From positions 1-30,505 of IMG/VR virus record IMGVR_UViG_3300033232_000032: a stretch of 30,505 nucleotides of DNA; one strand, given 5' to 3'. Under the pieces are notes generated by a model. The model worked only from the letters and a program-made list of their open reading frames with translations. It ran no database searches and was not told the origin of the DNA. Of the stretch, positions 6,670 through 14,051 are shown in pieces. This stretch comes from a virus. Its lineage: Duplodnaviria; Caudoviricetes. The translations under genes and the position numbers were made by a program. Each line of letters begins with the position of its first letter. Within the stretch, counting starts at the first letter, position 1.

Positions 6670-7661
6670 TAATTGATCGTAACGTTTGCGACCATGCCGG
6701 ACGCGATAGCAGTAATGATTTTTTTCCCTTGCGGCTCAGTCAAACCAGCTTCGACAAGACCTGCGAGAGCGGAAACGTTTACTTTCCTCCGGTGTTCAAC
6801 ATCAGCCGCTTTTTTAGCCGCTTCATCTGCGAGCCGTTTTTGCTCTGCCCGTTCTTCGGAAAGCTTTGCTTCACGTTCCCGCTCAATCCGTTCCGCTTCG
6901 GCCCGTGCTTTTTCTTCCGCCGCTTTTACCGCCGATTCACGCTCGGCTTTAGCTAGTGCTTCTGCTGCAATCCGATCACGTGCGGCTTTTTCTTCGGCCT
7001 CTTTTTTCTCGCGTTCGTATCGCTCCGCCGCATTTTTAGCTTCACGCTCTTTGCGTTCGAGTTCCTCGACCTTCTGCCGCGCGGCCTCTTCTGCTTCACG
7101 TCTGGCGCGTTCCTCGGCTTCACGTGCTATCCGCTCTTCGCGGTCCTTTATTTCGCGTTTGATCCGCTCAGCCTCTTCCTTTGCGACGCGCTCCGCTTCG
7201 ATCCTGGCGAGTTCTGTTTCTTTCGCTTCGATCTCTTTTTGTCTGAGATATAGGGCATGCTCTGCCAGTGCTGATTCGTGCGCCGCCTCAATTTCTGCGG
7301 CCAGTTGCTCGGCTTTTATCCGCTCCTCTTCGGCTTTTTCCCATTCAGTGAGTGGGGCGCGGACTTCATCCCGGAGAGAGTCGAGCCGATCACGGGCGGT
7401 TTTTCGCGCAGCATCAACCGCCGCGCTTTTCGCTTTCCAGTCAGCTACTAGACCCTTTCCGAGACCGTCCAGCACAGTTTTTGACTGGCTGACTTTGTAC
7501 GCCATAGAAGCGATTTCTTTTCGGCCTTTTGCGGTTGTCAGGTCGGGTTTAAACTCCCTGACTTTTGCCTCAATGTCAGCCAAGAGCTTGTCGACCCCTT
7601 GCGGCCCGGTGAAAATTTCAACGGCGTTCAATTTCTCTCCAACAATCATTTCGAGTTCCAT
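6666..7661 (-). CDS. Phage coiled-coil protein (often mis-annotated as TolA-like)
   Basis: DLTTAKGRKEIASMAYKVSQSKT motif and long E/R/K/A helix; start reassigned to MELEM after an AGGGAG RBS. Confidence 0.75.
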   Translation of the reverse strand: MELEMIVGEKLNAVEIFTGPQGVDKLLADIEAKVREFKPDLTTAKGRKEIASMAYKVSQSKTVLDGLGKGLVADWKAKSAAVDAARKTARDRLDSLRDEVRAPLTEWEKAEEERIKAEQLAAEIEAAHESALAEHALYLRQKEIEAKETELARIEAERVAKEEAERIKREIKDREERIAREAEERARREAEEAARQKVEELERKEREAKNAAERYEREKKEAEEKAARDRIAAEALAKAERESAVKAAEEKARAEAERIEREREAKLSEERAEQKRLADEAAKKAADVEHRRKVNVSALAGLVEAGLTEPQGKKIITAIASGMVANVTINY

Positions 7662-7684
7662 TTTTTTCTCCCTGTTATTTGTTG

Positions 7685-8359
7685 TTAAAACGGCTCGCAG
7701 TTCGGGCAAGAACGATTCTGACAACCCCCGGCAATCAATGGCTGTTTGCAGTCAGTGCAGACCGCCAGCGTTGGGTTTTCGAGATTTTCAGCGAGCGATA
7801 TTGCTACATTGTCGGGCAATGATTTATAATCATTGTACCCGGTAATTTCGTTGACTTTTTTTGCCGCATCTTCGGCAGTCTTGCACCCGCTGGCGACAAG
7901 CCCTGCGCGGATTCTGTTATTGATTGCCTCGCGGGCGGGTGCCGTAGCAGATTTTTTTTGCTGTGTTTCCCCGCTTAACTCACTCGGTAAATCCTCCCCG
8001 GCGTAGATATACAGCCCCAGCCCGTGGAGGGCAATCGCTTTCACGAGACACCGCATAATGCTGGTATTTATCTGAAATGAATTCGGTTTTGCAATCGGCC
8101 TATTCGCATTATCCAACACCGGGTGAATTTGTGAGAGTGTAATATTGGAAAATGTTACGGAAACCTCAACAAAAAAACCGCAATCCGTTTGCATAAATGG
8201 AACGTCACCGAACCGCTTCACCTCCCACGTGGCGCCTGGGTCTGCTTTTCGCAACTCCGCTACCGCGTAGGGCCACGATAGGTAACTGAACCCGCCCTTT
8301 TTTTCAATGTGGTCAGAAACGTCTTTTTTCAGCATTTGCTCAAAAAGTTTTTCACTCAT
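7685..8359 (-). CDS. sak: Sak (DUF1071, Rad52-like) single-strand annealing protein
   Basis: YLSWPYA...INTSIMRCLVKAIALHGLGLYIYAGEDLP signature; start at MSEK after a GGGAG RBS. Confidence 0.85.
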   Translation of the reverse strand: MSEKLFEQMLKKDVSDHIEKKGGFSYLSWPYAVAELRKADPGATWEVKRFGDVPFMQTDCGFFVEVSVTFSNITLSQIHPVLDNANRPIAKPNSFQINTSIMRCLVKAIALHGLGLYIYAGEDLPSELSGETQQKKSATAPAREAINNRIRAGLVASGCKTAEDAAKKVNEITGYNDYKSLPDNVAISLAENLENPTLAVCTDCKQPLIAGGCQNRSCPNCEPF

Positions 8360-8369
8360 TTTGCTCTCC

Positions 8370-8852
8370 CTATTTGTATGCCAGTAAATCAGGTTTATCA
8401 ATCCGGCAGCTATCAACACACTCCCCGGATTTGATCGCGTTTTTAATCGCAACGCGGTCAATTACATGCTGCATTTTTGTGACGATAAATTTACCCGGTA
8501 TATTTTCCTCGTTTTCGATTACCAGCACCCCCGGAGATTTTTTAATTTTTGCCGTCACTGTGCCAGCGTCGATTTCTTCACGCCCCGCCGATTGCAGGCA
8601 CCGCAAAACGTAACTGTCGAGCTGAGCTATCCGATTTTCTGCTGCTTTCCGCCGTTTTTTTAATCGGTCCTCTTCTTCTTTTGCTGCTGCCACCATGCCG
8701 ATCAACATCGCCCTGAAATTGTGGATGTTTCCGACCTTTTGCGCCAGACTCATTTCGAGCCGGTCGAGGGCGTCAAGCGATTCCTCTGTGAGTTCGTCCG
8801 CCGTGACTATCGCGGCTATTTCGTCTGCGATTTTATAGAGTGACAGGCTCAT
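8370..8852 (-). CDS. Siphovirus Gp157 family protein
   Basis: MSLSLYKIADE N-terminus, coiled coil, IDRVAIKNAIKSG; adjacent to sak. Confidence 0.85.
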   Translation of the reverse strand: MSLSLYKIADEIAAIVTADELTEESLDALDRLEMSLAQKVGNIHNFRAMLIGMVAAAKEEEDRLKKRRKAAENRIAQLDSYVLRCLQSAGREEIDAGTVTAKIKKSPGVLVIENEENIPGKFIVTKMQHVIDRVAIKNAIKSGECVDSCRIDKPDLLAYK

Positions 8853-9007
8853 CTCTCAACCTCCGTCCCACACCACGGGCAATAGATAAAATCGTTGTCG
8901 TTGAATGGATCGCCCCCGTCAAAAATCACCCGCGCTTTGTTCCTGCAATGCGGGCACCACACGACAACCGCAACCTCTTTTTTCATGTTCACACCATATT
9001 CAATCAT
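8849..9007 (-). CDS. Small Zn-ribbon protein (52 aa)
   Basis: CPHC...CPWC; start at MIEY after GGGAGG. Confidence 0.65.
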   Translation of the reverse strand: MIEYGVNMKKEVAVVVWCPHCRNKARVIFDGGDPFNDNDFIYCPWCGTEVER

Positions 9008-9122
9008 CGCGGTTTTCCTCCCTTTCTCGGTCATCGTCTGCACAATCCTCCGCGCGGTCAATCGGGCAATACCCGTCGTGAAAATCACGGCAATCTAAAC
9101 AATAGTGGTCTGCGTCACTCAT
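9000..9122 (-). CDS. Small acidic Cys-rich protein (40 aa, MSDADHYCLDCRDFHDGYCPIDRAEDCADDDREREENRDD)
   Basis: Translated by hand; AGGAGG RBS; overlaps both neighbours. Confidence 0.55.
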   Translation of the reverse strand: MSDADHYCLDCRDFHDGYCPIDRAEDCADDDREREENRDD

Positions 9123-9235
9123 TTTTGTACCTCCTGTGCTGGGGGGTCGGGAAGCGTCTCTATCCATGATAGGACGCCGTGGGTTATCATGGCGAAACAG
9201 GCAATCAGTAAAAGAATGTTGAAAAGTTTACGCAT
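9119..9235 (-). CDS. Small membrane/secreted peptide (38 aa, MRKLFNILLLIACFAMITHGVLSWIETLPDPPAQEVQK)
   Basis: Translated by hand; AAGGAGG RBS; ATGA coupling. Confidence 0.55.
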   Translation of the reverse strand: MRKLFNILLLIACFAMITHGVLSWIETLPDPPAQEVQK

Positions 9236-9290
9236 AAATCCTCCTTGCAAAATTGTGGGGGTATGCTATGATTCCCCCGTCTCTCTCCTT

Positions 9291-9330
9291 CCCCGGCCAG
9301 AACCCATCTGACCGGGGGTTTTTTATTTTT
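9291..9330 (+). terminator. Hairpin with T-tract (plus-strand terminator or leader hairpin of the leftward transcript)
   Basis: CCCCGGCCAGA-ACCCA-TCTGACCGGGG followed by GTTTTTTATTTTT. Confidence 0.5.
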
Positions 9331-9350
9331 GTTTCATACGCATGACATTC

Positions 9351-9378
9351 ATTATATACACTCTGCGCGCTATATCAA
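9351..9378 (-). promoter_or_regulatory. Leftward early promoter
   Basis: TTGATA-N16(TAGCGCGCAGAGTGTA)-TATAAT. Confidence 0.7.
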
Positions 9379-9433
9379 TAAAAAAATGACATTATTTGCA
9401 TTTTTTATACGCGCGGGGTGTGCAAAATTTATC

Positions 9434-9461
9434 TTGCAATCGCGCACGGTGTCGCTATAAT
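9434..9461 (+). promoter_or_regulatory. Rightward promoter for the HTH regulator
   Basis: TTGCAA-N16(TCGCGCACGGTGTCGC)-TATAAT. Confidence 0.7.
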
Positions 9462-9483
9462 AGGGGGAGGAAAGGAGGCTGTT

Positions 9484-9669
9484 TTGACAAAAGCACAGGA
9501 ATTACGTCAAAAAAGGGAGGCACTCGGAATCTCGATGGCGCAAGCTTCCCGGCTGGCGCGGACACCGTACCGGACGTGGCAGAGCTGGGAAGATAACGGC
9601 CCGAACGGGCGGCCAGCTCCAGGGATTGTTTCAGCTTGGATCGACCTTTTCATTGAGTCGCAGAAATGA
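9484..9669 (+). CDS. XRE/Cro-like HTH transcriptional regulator (61 aa)
   Basis: LRQKREALGISMAQASRLARTPYRTWQSWE; TTG start after AAGGAGG. Confidence 0.8.
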   Translation: MTKAQELRQKREALGISMAQASRLARTPYRTWQSWEDNGPNGRPAPGIVSAWIDLFIESQK

Positions 9670-9812
9670 GATATGTCTACAGCTTTTTGTGCCAGTGCGG
9701 GAATGTATTCACGGTGTCCCGCGTCGGATGCAAACTCCGCATTAAATCATGCGTTTGCGGGAAGTGCGGGAAGTTGGCGGAGATGGCCGGGGAAGAGGTC
9801 GAGCGCGATTAG
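9666..9812 (+). CDS. Small Zn-ribbon protein (48 aa, MRYVYSFLCQCGNVF...CGKCGK...)
   Basis: Translated by hand; ATGA overlap with the HTH stop; CxC and CxxC motifs. Confidence 0.6.
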   Translation: MRYVYSFLCQCGNVFTVSRVGCKLRIKSCVCGKCGKLAEMAGEEVERD

Positions 9813-10195
9813 CGTATCCTTGACCCAAACCAGCTTGCATTATTGACAATGATACTCCCACGGGTTCCGGGGTCGAGCGTCAGCACACTGGACATATCAG
9901 CGGCGAGGAGCGCGAACCCGATCACGACGGAGATAGGCCGGATACACGACCGCAGATCAACAACCCACTGCGATGGGACGCCTATCACGTCCCGGTTGAA
10001 CCATTTAACATCGGCCTCCGTCAGCCCCGCCATGGCGCGAAGATACTCCGGTAAAACCTCTGGTTTAGTGGTGGCGAGGGTGTTGGCTGTTGCCTGCGCC
10101 GTATCGCCACCCTTGACGAATTTTTTCTTGATAAAATCGAACGCGGGTGGAATGATCAACCCGCCGAGGGCCAGAATCGCATCAATTCCCATCAT
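9809..10195 (-). CDS. Putative holin (GTA 3TM-holin-like)
   Basis: Hydrophobic segments, W...LR..IRP and terminal WFGSR motifs; next to the endolysin. Confidence 0.65.
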   Translation of the reverse strand: MMGIDAILALGGLIIPPAFDFIKKKFVKGGDTAQATANTLATTKPEVLPEYLRAMAGLTEADVKWFNRDVIGVPSQWVVDLRSCIRPISVVIGFALLAADMSSVLTLDPGTRGSIIVNNASWFGSRIR

Positions 10196-10587
10196 TAATC
10201 CTCCGCTAGTTCAAAATGAGGCATGTCAATAAATGATTCCCACAGCCCGCCCCACTGTATTTTAATACCCAGATCGTTCGCCGCTTGCAGAATTGCGGCG
10301 GCAACCTGCGCCAGATGCTTGACCTCCCACGACGCCTCACCGTTAACATACGCATAAACGTCGAACGCGCGTCCAGACTGATGGCGGCTTTTTCGCGTCA
10401 CTCCATCGGCGTTTGATTTGCCGTCTCGAAACAGCTCCGCCTGCTGCTGCGCGGTGCGATATCCACCAGAGGAGGGAATACCAAAATCGATTTTCGTCAG
10501 CTCAATCGCTCTCTCGGCAATAGCAGACAAACGAGGATCAACATTTCGTAAACGATATTTTGACCTCTGCGATAGATAGAAACTCAT
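10195..10587 (-). CDS. Endolysin, M15 family L-Ala-D-Glu peptidase
   Basis: GYRT..QQ, SRHQSGRAFD, WGG.W..F.D.PHFE. Confidence 0.92.
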   Translation of the reverse strand: MSFYLSQRSKYRLRNVDPRLSAIAERAIELTKIDFGIPSSGGYRTAQQQAELFRDGKSNADGVTRKSRHQSGRAFDVYAYVNGEASWEVKHLAQVAAAILQAANDLGIKIQWGGLWESFIDMPHFELAED

Positions 10588-10588
10588 T

Positions 10589-10870
10589 TTATAACCCCAT
10601 TCGGTTTTTCATCCACGCGGCTATGAGAAAAAAGAAAATCCCTGCAATCGATCCAAAAAGCCACATAAAAAAACGTCTTGGCTGGTCCTCCAATTTTCGT
10701 AGCCGCACCCCGCTGGCCTCCAGCTTTTTTTCGAGGGACGTAACCCTGACCTCCTGCACTGCGACCTGTGTCAAAATATCCGCAATCCTGTCGAGTTTGC
10801 TGTGCGTTTCTTTGATCGAAACTCCGAGCATTTCCAGCATCGGCCCTTTGTCGCAGTGAGTTGGCTCCAT
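10589..10870 (-). CDS. Coiled-coil plus C-terminal TM protein (XhlA/holin-like)
   Basis: Heptad region followed by FFMWLFGSIAGIFFFLIAAW; in the lysis module. Confidence 0.6.
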   Translation of the reverse strand: MEPTHCDKGPMLEMLGVSIKETHSKLDRIADILTQVAVQEVRVTSLEKKLEASGVRLRKLEDQPRRFFMWLFGSIAGIFFFLIAAWMKNRMGL

Positions 10871-10871
10871 A

Positions 10872-11111
10872 TCATATCCCTGATTTATACGCCCGGTAAC
10901 AGTGCCCCGGATCGATCCACTCCAAAAAATACCAGATTATCCTCGCCAGCCCGAACCAATGTCGCCACCGTGGCGGAAGGTTACGACTGCCATTGTCGGC
11001 CCACGCTTTGCGACCTATGCGTGTGCTGATGCATTCGTTTTTTCCGCCGGTGATGCGATTCCATTGTCGATCGAAGACGATTAATGTCGATTTGATGATG
11101 CTTTTTACCAC
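10872..11111 (-). CDS. Conserved phage hypothetical protein
   Basis: DRQWN..TGG..ECISTR.G...WIDPGHC pattern, which I recall near lysis cassettes. Confidence 0.6.
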   Translation of the reverse strand: MVKSIIKSTLIVFDRQWNRITGGKNECISTRIGRKAWADNGSRNLPPRWRHWFGLARIIWYFLEWIDPGHCYRAYKSGI

Positions 11112-11638
11112 TGCACTGACTCCACAATCTCAATTGTTTGCGCGGCAGCAACGGTTGATTCGAGCATGAACTTTTTGTTATAACGCGCGGTGGCGGTCTC
11201 TTCGAGCAGAACGATCAGGGCTTCGATGTCTTCAACCCAGCACGAATACAGCATATTATCCGCACCCTTGACCATGGTTGAGATGTCTCCGTTGCGCTGC
11301 ATGGTGCTGAGTAAAACCTGCATGTTTTGGAGGTCATTTTTTGTATCACTACGCCGTGCGTCGATCGACCAACTATCTTTTGTAAGTGCGGTGCCAGTGC
11401 GCATTTCGTTGTCGAATGCTGATGAGATTTCGGCGAGTTTGTTTGTTTTCGCTTGGTCGAGGGTGAGGGGTTCGATTACATGTTCCCTCCACGTCACGCC
11501 GGGCACTGCGAGGAATTGTTCTTTTGCAGTGGCGGAGAGGTAGTCGATTACCGGGCCACCGTTGGATTTTATCGCTTTGCACAGGGCGCGGAGGCCATAG
11601 ATGGTATCTGAGTATGACTGGTTGTTGTATTTATACAT
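11105..11638 (-). CDS. DUF4376-like tail fibre assembly protein
   Basis: TLDQAKTNKLAEIS... and terminal AAQTIEIVESVQW; follows the fibre genes. Confidence 0.65.
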   Translation of the reverse strand: MYKYNNQSYSDTIYGLRALCKAIKSNGGPVIDYLSATAKEQFLAVPGVTWREHVIEPLTLDQAKTNKLAEISSAFDNEMRTGTALTKDSWSIDARRSDTKNDLQNMQVLLSTMQRNGDISTMVKGADNMLYSCWVEDIEALIVLLEETATARYNKKFMLESTVAAAQTIEIVESVQW

Positions 11639-12248
11639 TTGTGTCACCATTCAAATATTTTGTTGTTTCTGCGTCTGTTAATTTCCTGTCAAAAATCATA
11701 ATGTCTCTAGCTGTCCCAGTTAAAAGCCAATTAGCATTTCCGGGGATGGCTGGGGACTGACCAAAAGAAACATTCCCTGTTCTAACCCCAGTCCATGCCC
11801 ACGTCGTGTTTGTATAATACGCTTCCCCTTGTGTCCCCAAAATTCCGAATTTATTTATATTATCTGGGCCTCCAATATTACAAACAACTCGTGCCGTATT
11901 CCCTACCATGTATGGATAAGTCAAAAGAGTGAAAGTCGGATTATCGACATAACTGGTACCTGATAAATACCCGGCGTAGAAAGAGTTGACGGCCGTTCCA
12001 TGTTGGAACCATATAGTCGGTGAGCTAATAAGCCCTAATGCAATAAACCCATAATGCCCGCCAGAAACAACAGAGACCTCATAACAAAAAGTCGCTCCAA
12101 CATTCGCCAAATCAAGAGAACCATCCAATGGCCCGAGGTTTCTGGAATCGGTTGCGCTGTCCCATTCTGCGAGATAAAAGATCGATGTCTGACCCCCGGT
12201 AGAAACCTCCTCTTCCATACATCCCATCATAATGGCTCTTTGGCTCAT
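11631..12248 (-). CDS. Tail-associated beta-sandwich (LamG/ConA-like) protein
   Basis: C-terminal GTARDIMIFDRKLTDAE resembles a LamG terminus. Confidence 0.55.
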   Translation of the reverse strand: MSQRAIMMGCMEEEVSTGGQTSIFYLAEWDSATDSRNLGPLDGSLDLANVGATFCYEVSVVSGGHYGFIALGLISSPTIWFQHGTAVNSFYAGYLSGTSYVDNPTFTLLTYPYMVGNTARVVCNIGGPDNINKFGILGTQGEAYYTNTTWAWTGVRTGNVSFGQSPAIPGNANWLLTGTARDIMIFDRKLTDAETTKYLNGDTNV

Positions 12249-13657
12249 GACGATAATCCAATCACCTGAAAATTATTAGCGTCAGCGGATGGCAGTTTGA
12301 TAATCGTGATCGTCCCGCCGTCGCTGAATGTGGTGTTGTCACTGCGGCTTTTGTATGTTGCTGTGCCGCTGGTTGCAACGACCAGATCACCGGCTGACAG
12401 GTTTCTGAACTGTGCGACCTGACCCTCTGTAATTGCGGTAACAGATGCGTCGGCAATAGTGATTGTTGCATTGACGGTGGTCAGTTTGTCAACGTCATCG
12501 GCAGAGAGGGTATGCGCGCCAGTGCTGGTTGCGACAGTGACAATTTTTGCCGCTTTTTCGTCATCCAGTTCAGCATTTGTGGCCTGCTGGTTTGTTGCAG
12601 AGAGATTGCCGGTCGGCACAGTGACCACCGACGAGGCAGGGATTGTATCAACGACACCGCCCGCCTGCTGTGCGGCTGCGCGATAGTCTGATTTTTCAAT
12701 GTAGGTTGGAGTGCCCCCGACGTTTTTATACATGACGCTGTAAATCAGCACCCACTCGCGGGTTGAAATGTTCGGCGGGAGAATTTGGGATGACGCGCGG
12801 GCAAGGGATGGCGTGGAAAACTCTTCTTGTCCAATGACGGAGTAAATCGGCAGAGCCGGGTCGTTGGTTGCGTAAACCCATAGCATGATGTGTTTATTGA
12901 GTCCGACGCTGGTTAATGCCCCGGCGTTGTCATACTGCAATGCCCCGGCGGATGCTGCGTAGATCGCCGCGCTGTTCGGAGTGTCCACGGCCTGGCTGAA
13001 CGCGTTGCGATAGACCAGCCGGCAGGTAGTTTGGTCAGCTGAGGCGTTCGGGATATCCTCATCGTAGATCGTGCCCGAAGAGACGCTGAAGGTGGTGTTG
13101 GTAAACGTTCCGGCCAGCCCGGTTCCGTAGCGGGAACCGTCGGTGCTGTGCAGTCTCTTGTGGAGTGCCCGGCTTGCTGCATCTCTGGGGGCGTGGCGCT
13201 CCTCGCCGAGCCAGCCCGCTGCTCCGTCCCAGTAGATCGTGACAACCGGTGCGTCTGTTGACGTGATATCCCACGGCGCGGTTGATACAGTCAACTCCCC
13301 GGTCGAGGCGGAGAAATAAACAAAATGCGTTCCGACGGTATCAGCAATCACAACGGATGAGGCTGGTTTGCTTTGCAGCTGTCCGCCGAGATAAACGCCG
13401 AATGTCAACCCGGTGGGCGTGATGGTGAATGTTCGGGTTGCATCGACTAAGGCGAGCGTTGACTCAGTGCGTGAGACAACCCCAGCTAGGTCAACGTCGG
13501 TCATTGTTGCGAATGGATTTAACGCGGTGGGAGTTGCGGCAGCGTCTATCGCGGAGACAACGTCTGCTGATAATAATGTCCCGTCAGCCCCTGCAACACC
13601 CTGCGGCCCGCGCGAAACGAGATTAAACGCCCGCGTCTGTCGGAGTTTTATTGTCAT
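12245..13657 (-). CDS. Tail fibre protein
   Basis: Short collagen-like GPQGVAGADG, T/S/A-rich, fibre-type C-terminus. Confidence 0.7.
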   Translation of the reverse strand: MTIKLRQTRAFNLVSRGPQGVAGADGTLLSADVVSAIDAAATPTALNPFATMTDVDLAGVVSRTESTLALVDATRTFTITPTGLTFGVYLGGQLQSKPASSVVIADTVGTHFVYFSASTGELTVSTAPWDITSTDAPVVTIYWDGAAGWLGEERHAPRDAASRALHKRLHSTDGSRYGTGLAGTFTNTTFSVSSGTIYDEDIPNASADQTTCRLVYRNAFSQAVDTPNSAAIYAASAGALQYDNAGALTSVGLNKHIMLWVYATNDPALPIYSVIGQEEFSTPSLARASSQILPPNISTREWVLIYSVMYKNVGGTPTYIEKSDYRAAAQQAGGVVDTIPASSVVTVPTGNLSATNQQATNAELDDEKAAKIVTVATSTGAHTLSADDVDKLTTVNATITIADASVTAITEGQVAQFRNLSAGDLVVATSGTATYKSRSDNTTFSDGGTITIIKLPSADANNFQVIGLSS

Positions 13658-14004
13658 GCCGTCACCGTTTCAATGATATCAACTCGGCCCTCTGCAAACG
13701 TCTCAATCAACCCGGCGGCGTCGGTGATTTTTAAATCCCAATACCCGGCGGTGTCAGTCAATGCAGCGGTGATTGTGTCAGAGAGGGTGATACCGAATAG
13801 ACCAGTTGACAGGGAGGTTTCGACCGTGGTGAAAGTTGCAATCAGATCCCCATCCCGGGCTTTTGTCGCTCTGATTTCAGCCGCGATTGAGTAGCCGGTC
13901 ATGTTGATTGCGACACCATCGGCGTCTGTGTACTCAAAATTGAGGGACAGATCGCGCCCCCTGCGAATTGTGATATTATATTTGACCGGGAATTCTTCGC
14001 TCAT
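13654..14004 (-). CDS. Tail fibre adaptor (BppU-like)
   Basis: NITIRRG.D...INMTGY...YWDLKITD...EGRV pattern. Confidence 0.6.
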   Translation of the reverse strand: MSEEFPVKYNITIRRGRDLSLNFEYTDADGVAINMTGYSIAAEIRATKARDGDLIATFTTVETSLSTGLFGITLSDTITAALTDTAGYWDLKITDAAGLIETFAEGRVDIIETVTA

Positions 14005-14051
14005 CTCTTCACCCCTTACCCCGCTTTACCATGTTTTTGTTAAAATGTCAA

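Noticed and set aside
6673-7845. 390-aa Ser/Ala/Arg-rich plus-strand ORF
   Set aside because: Antisense shadow of the coiled-coil gene.
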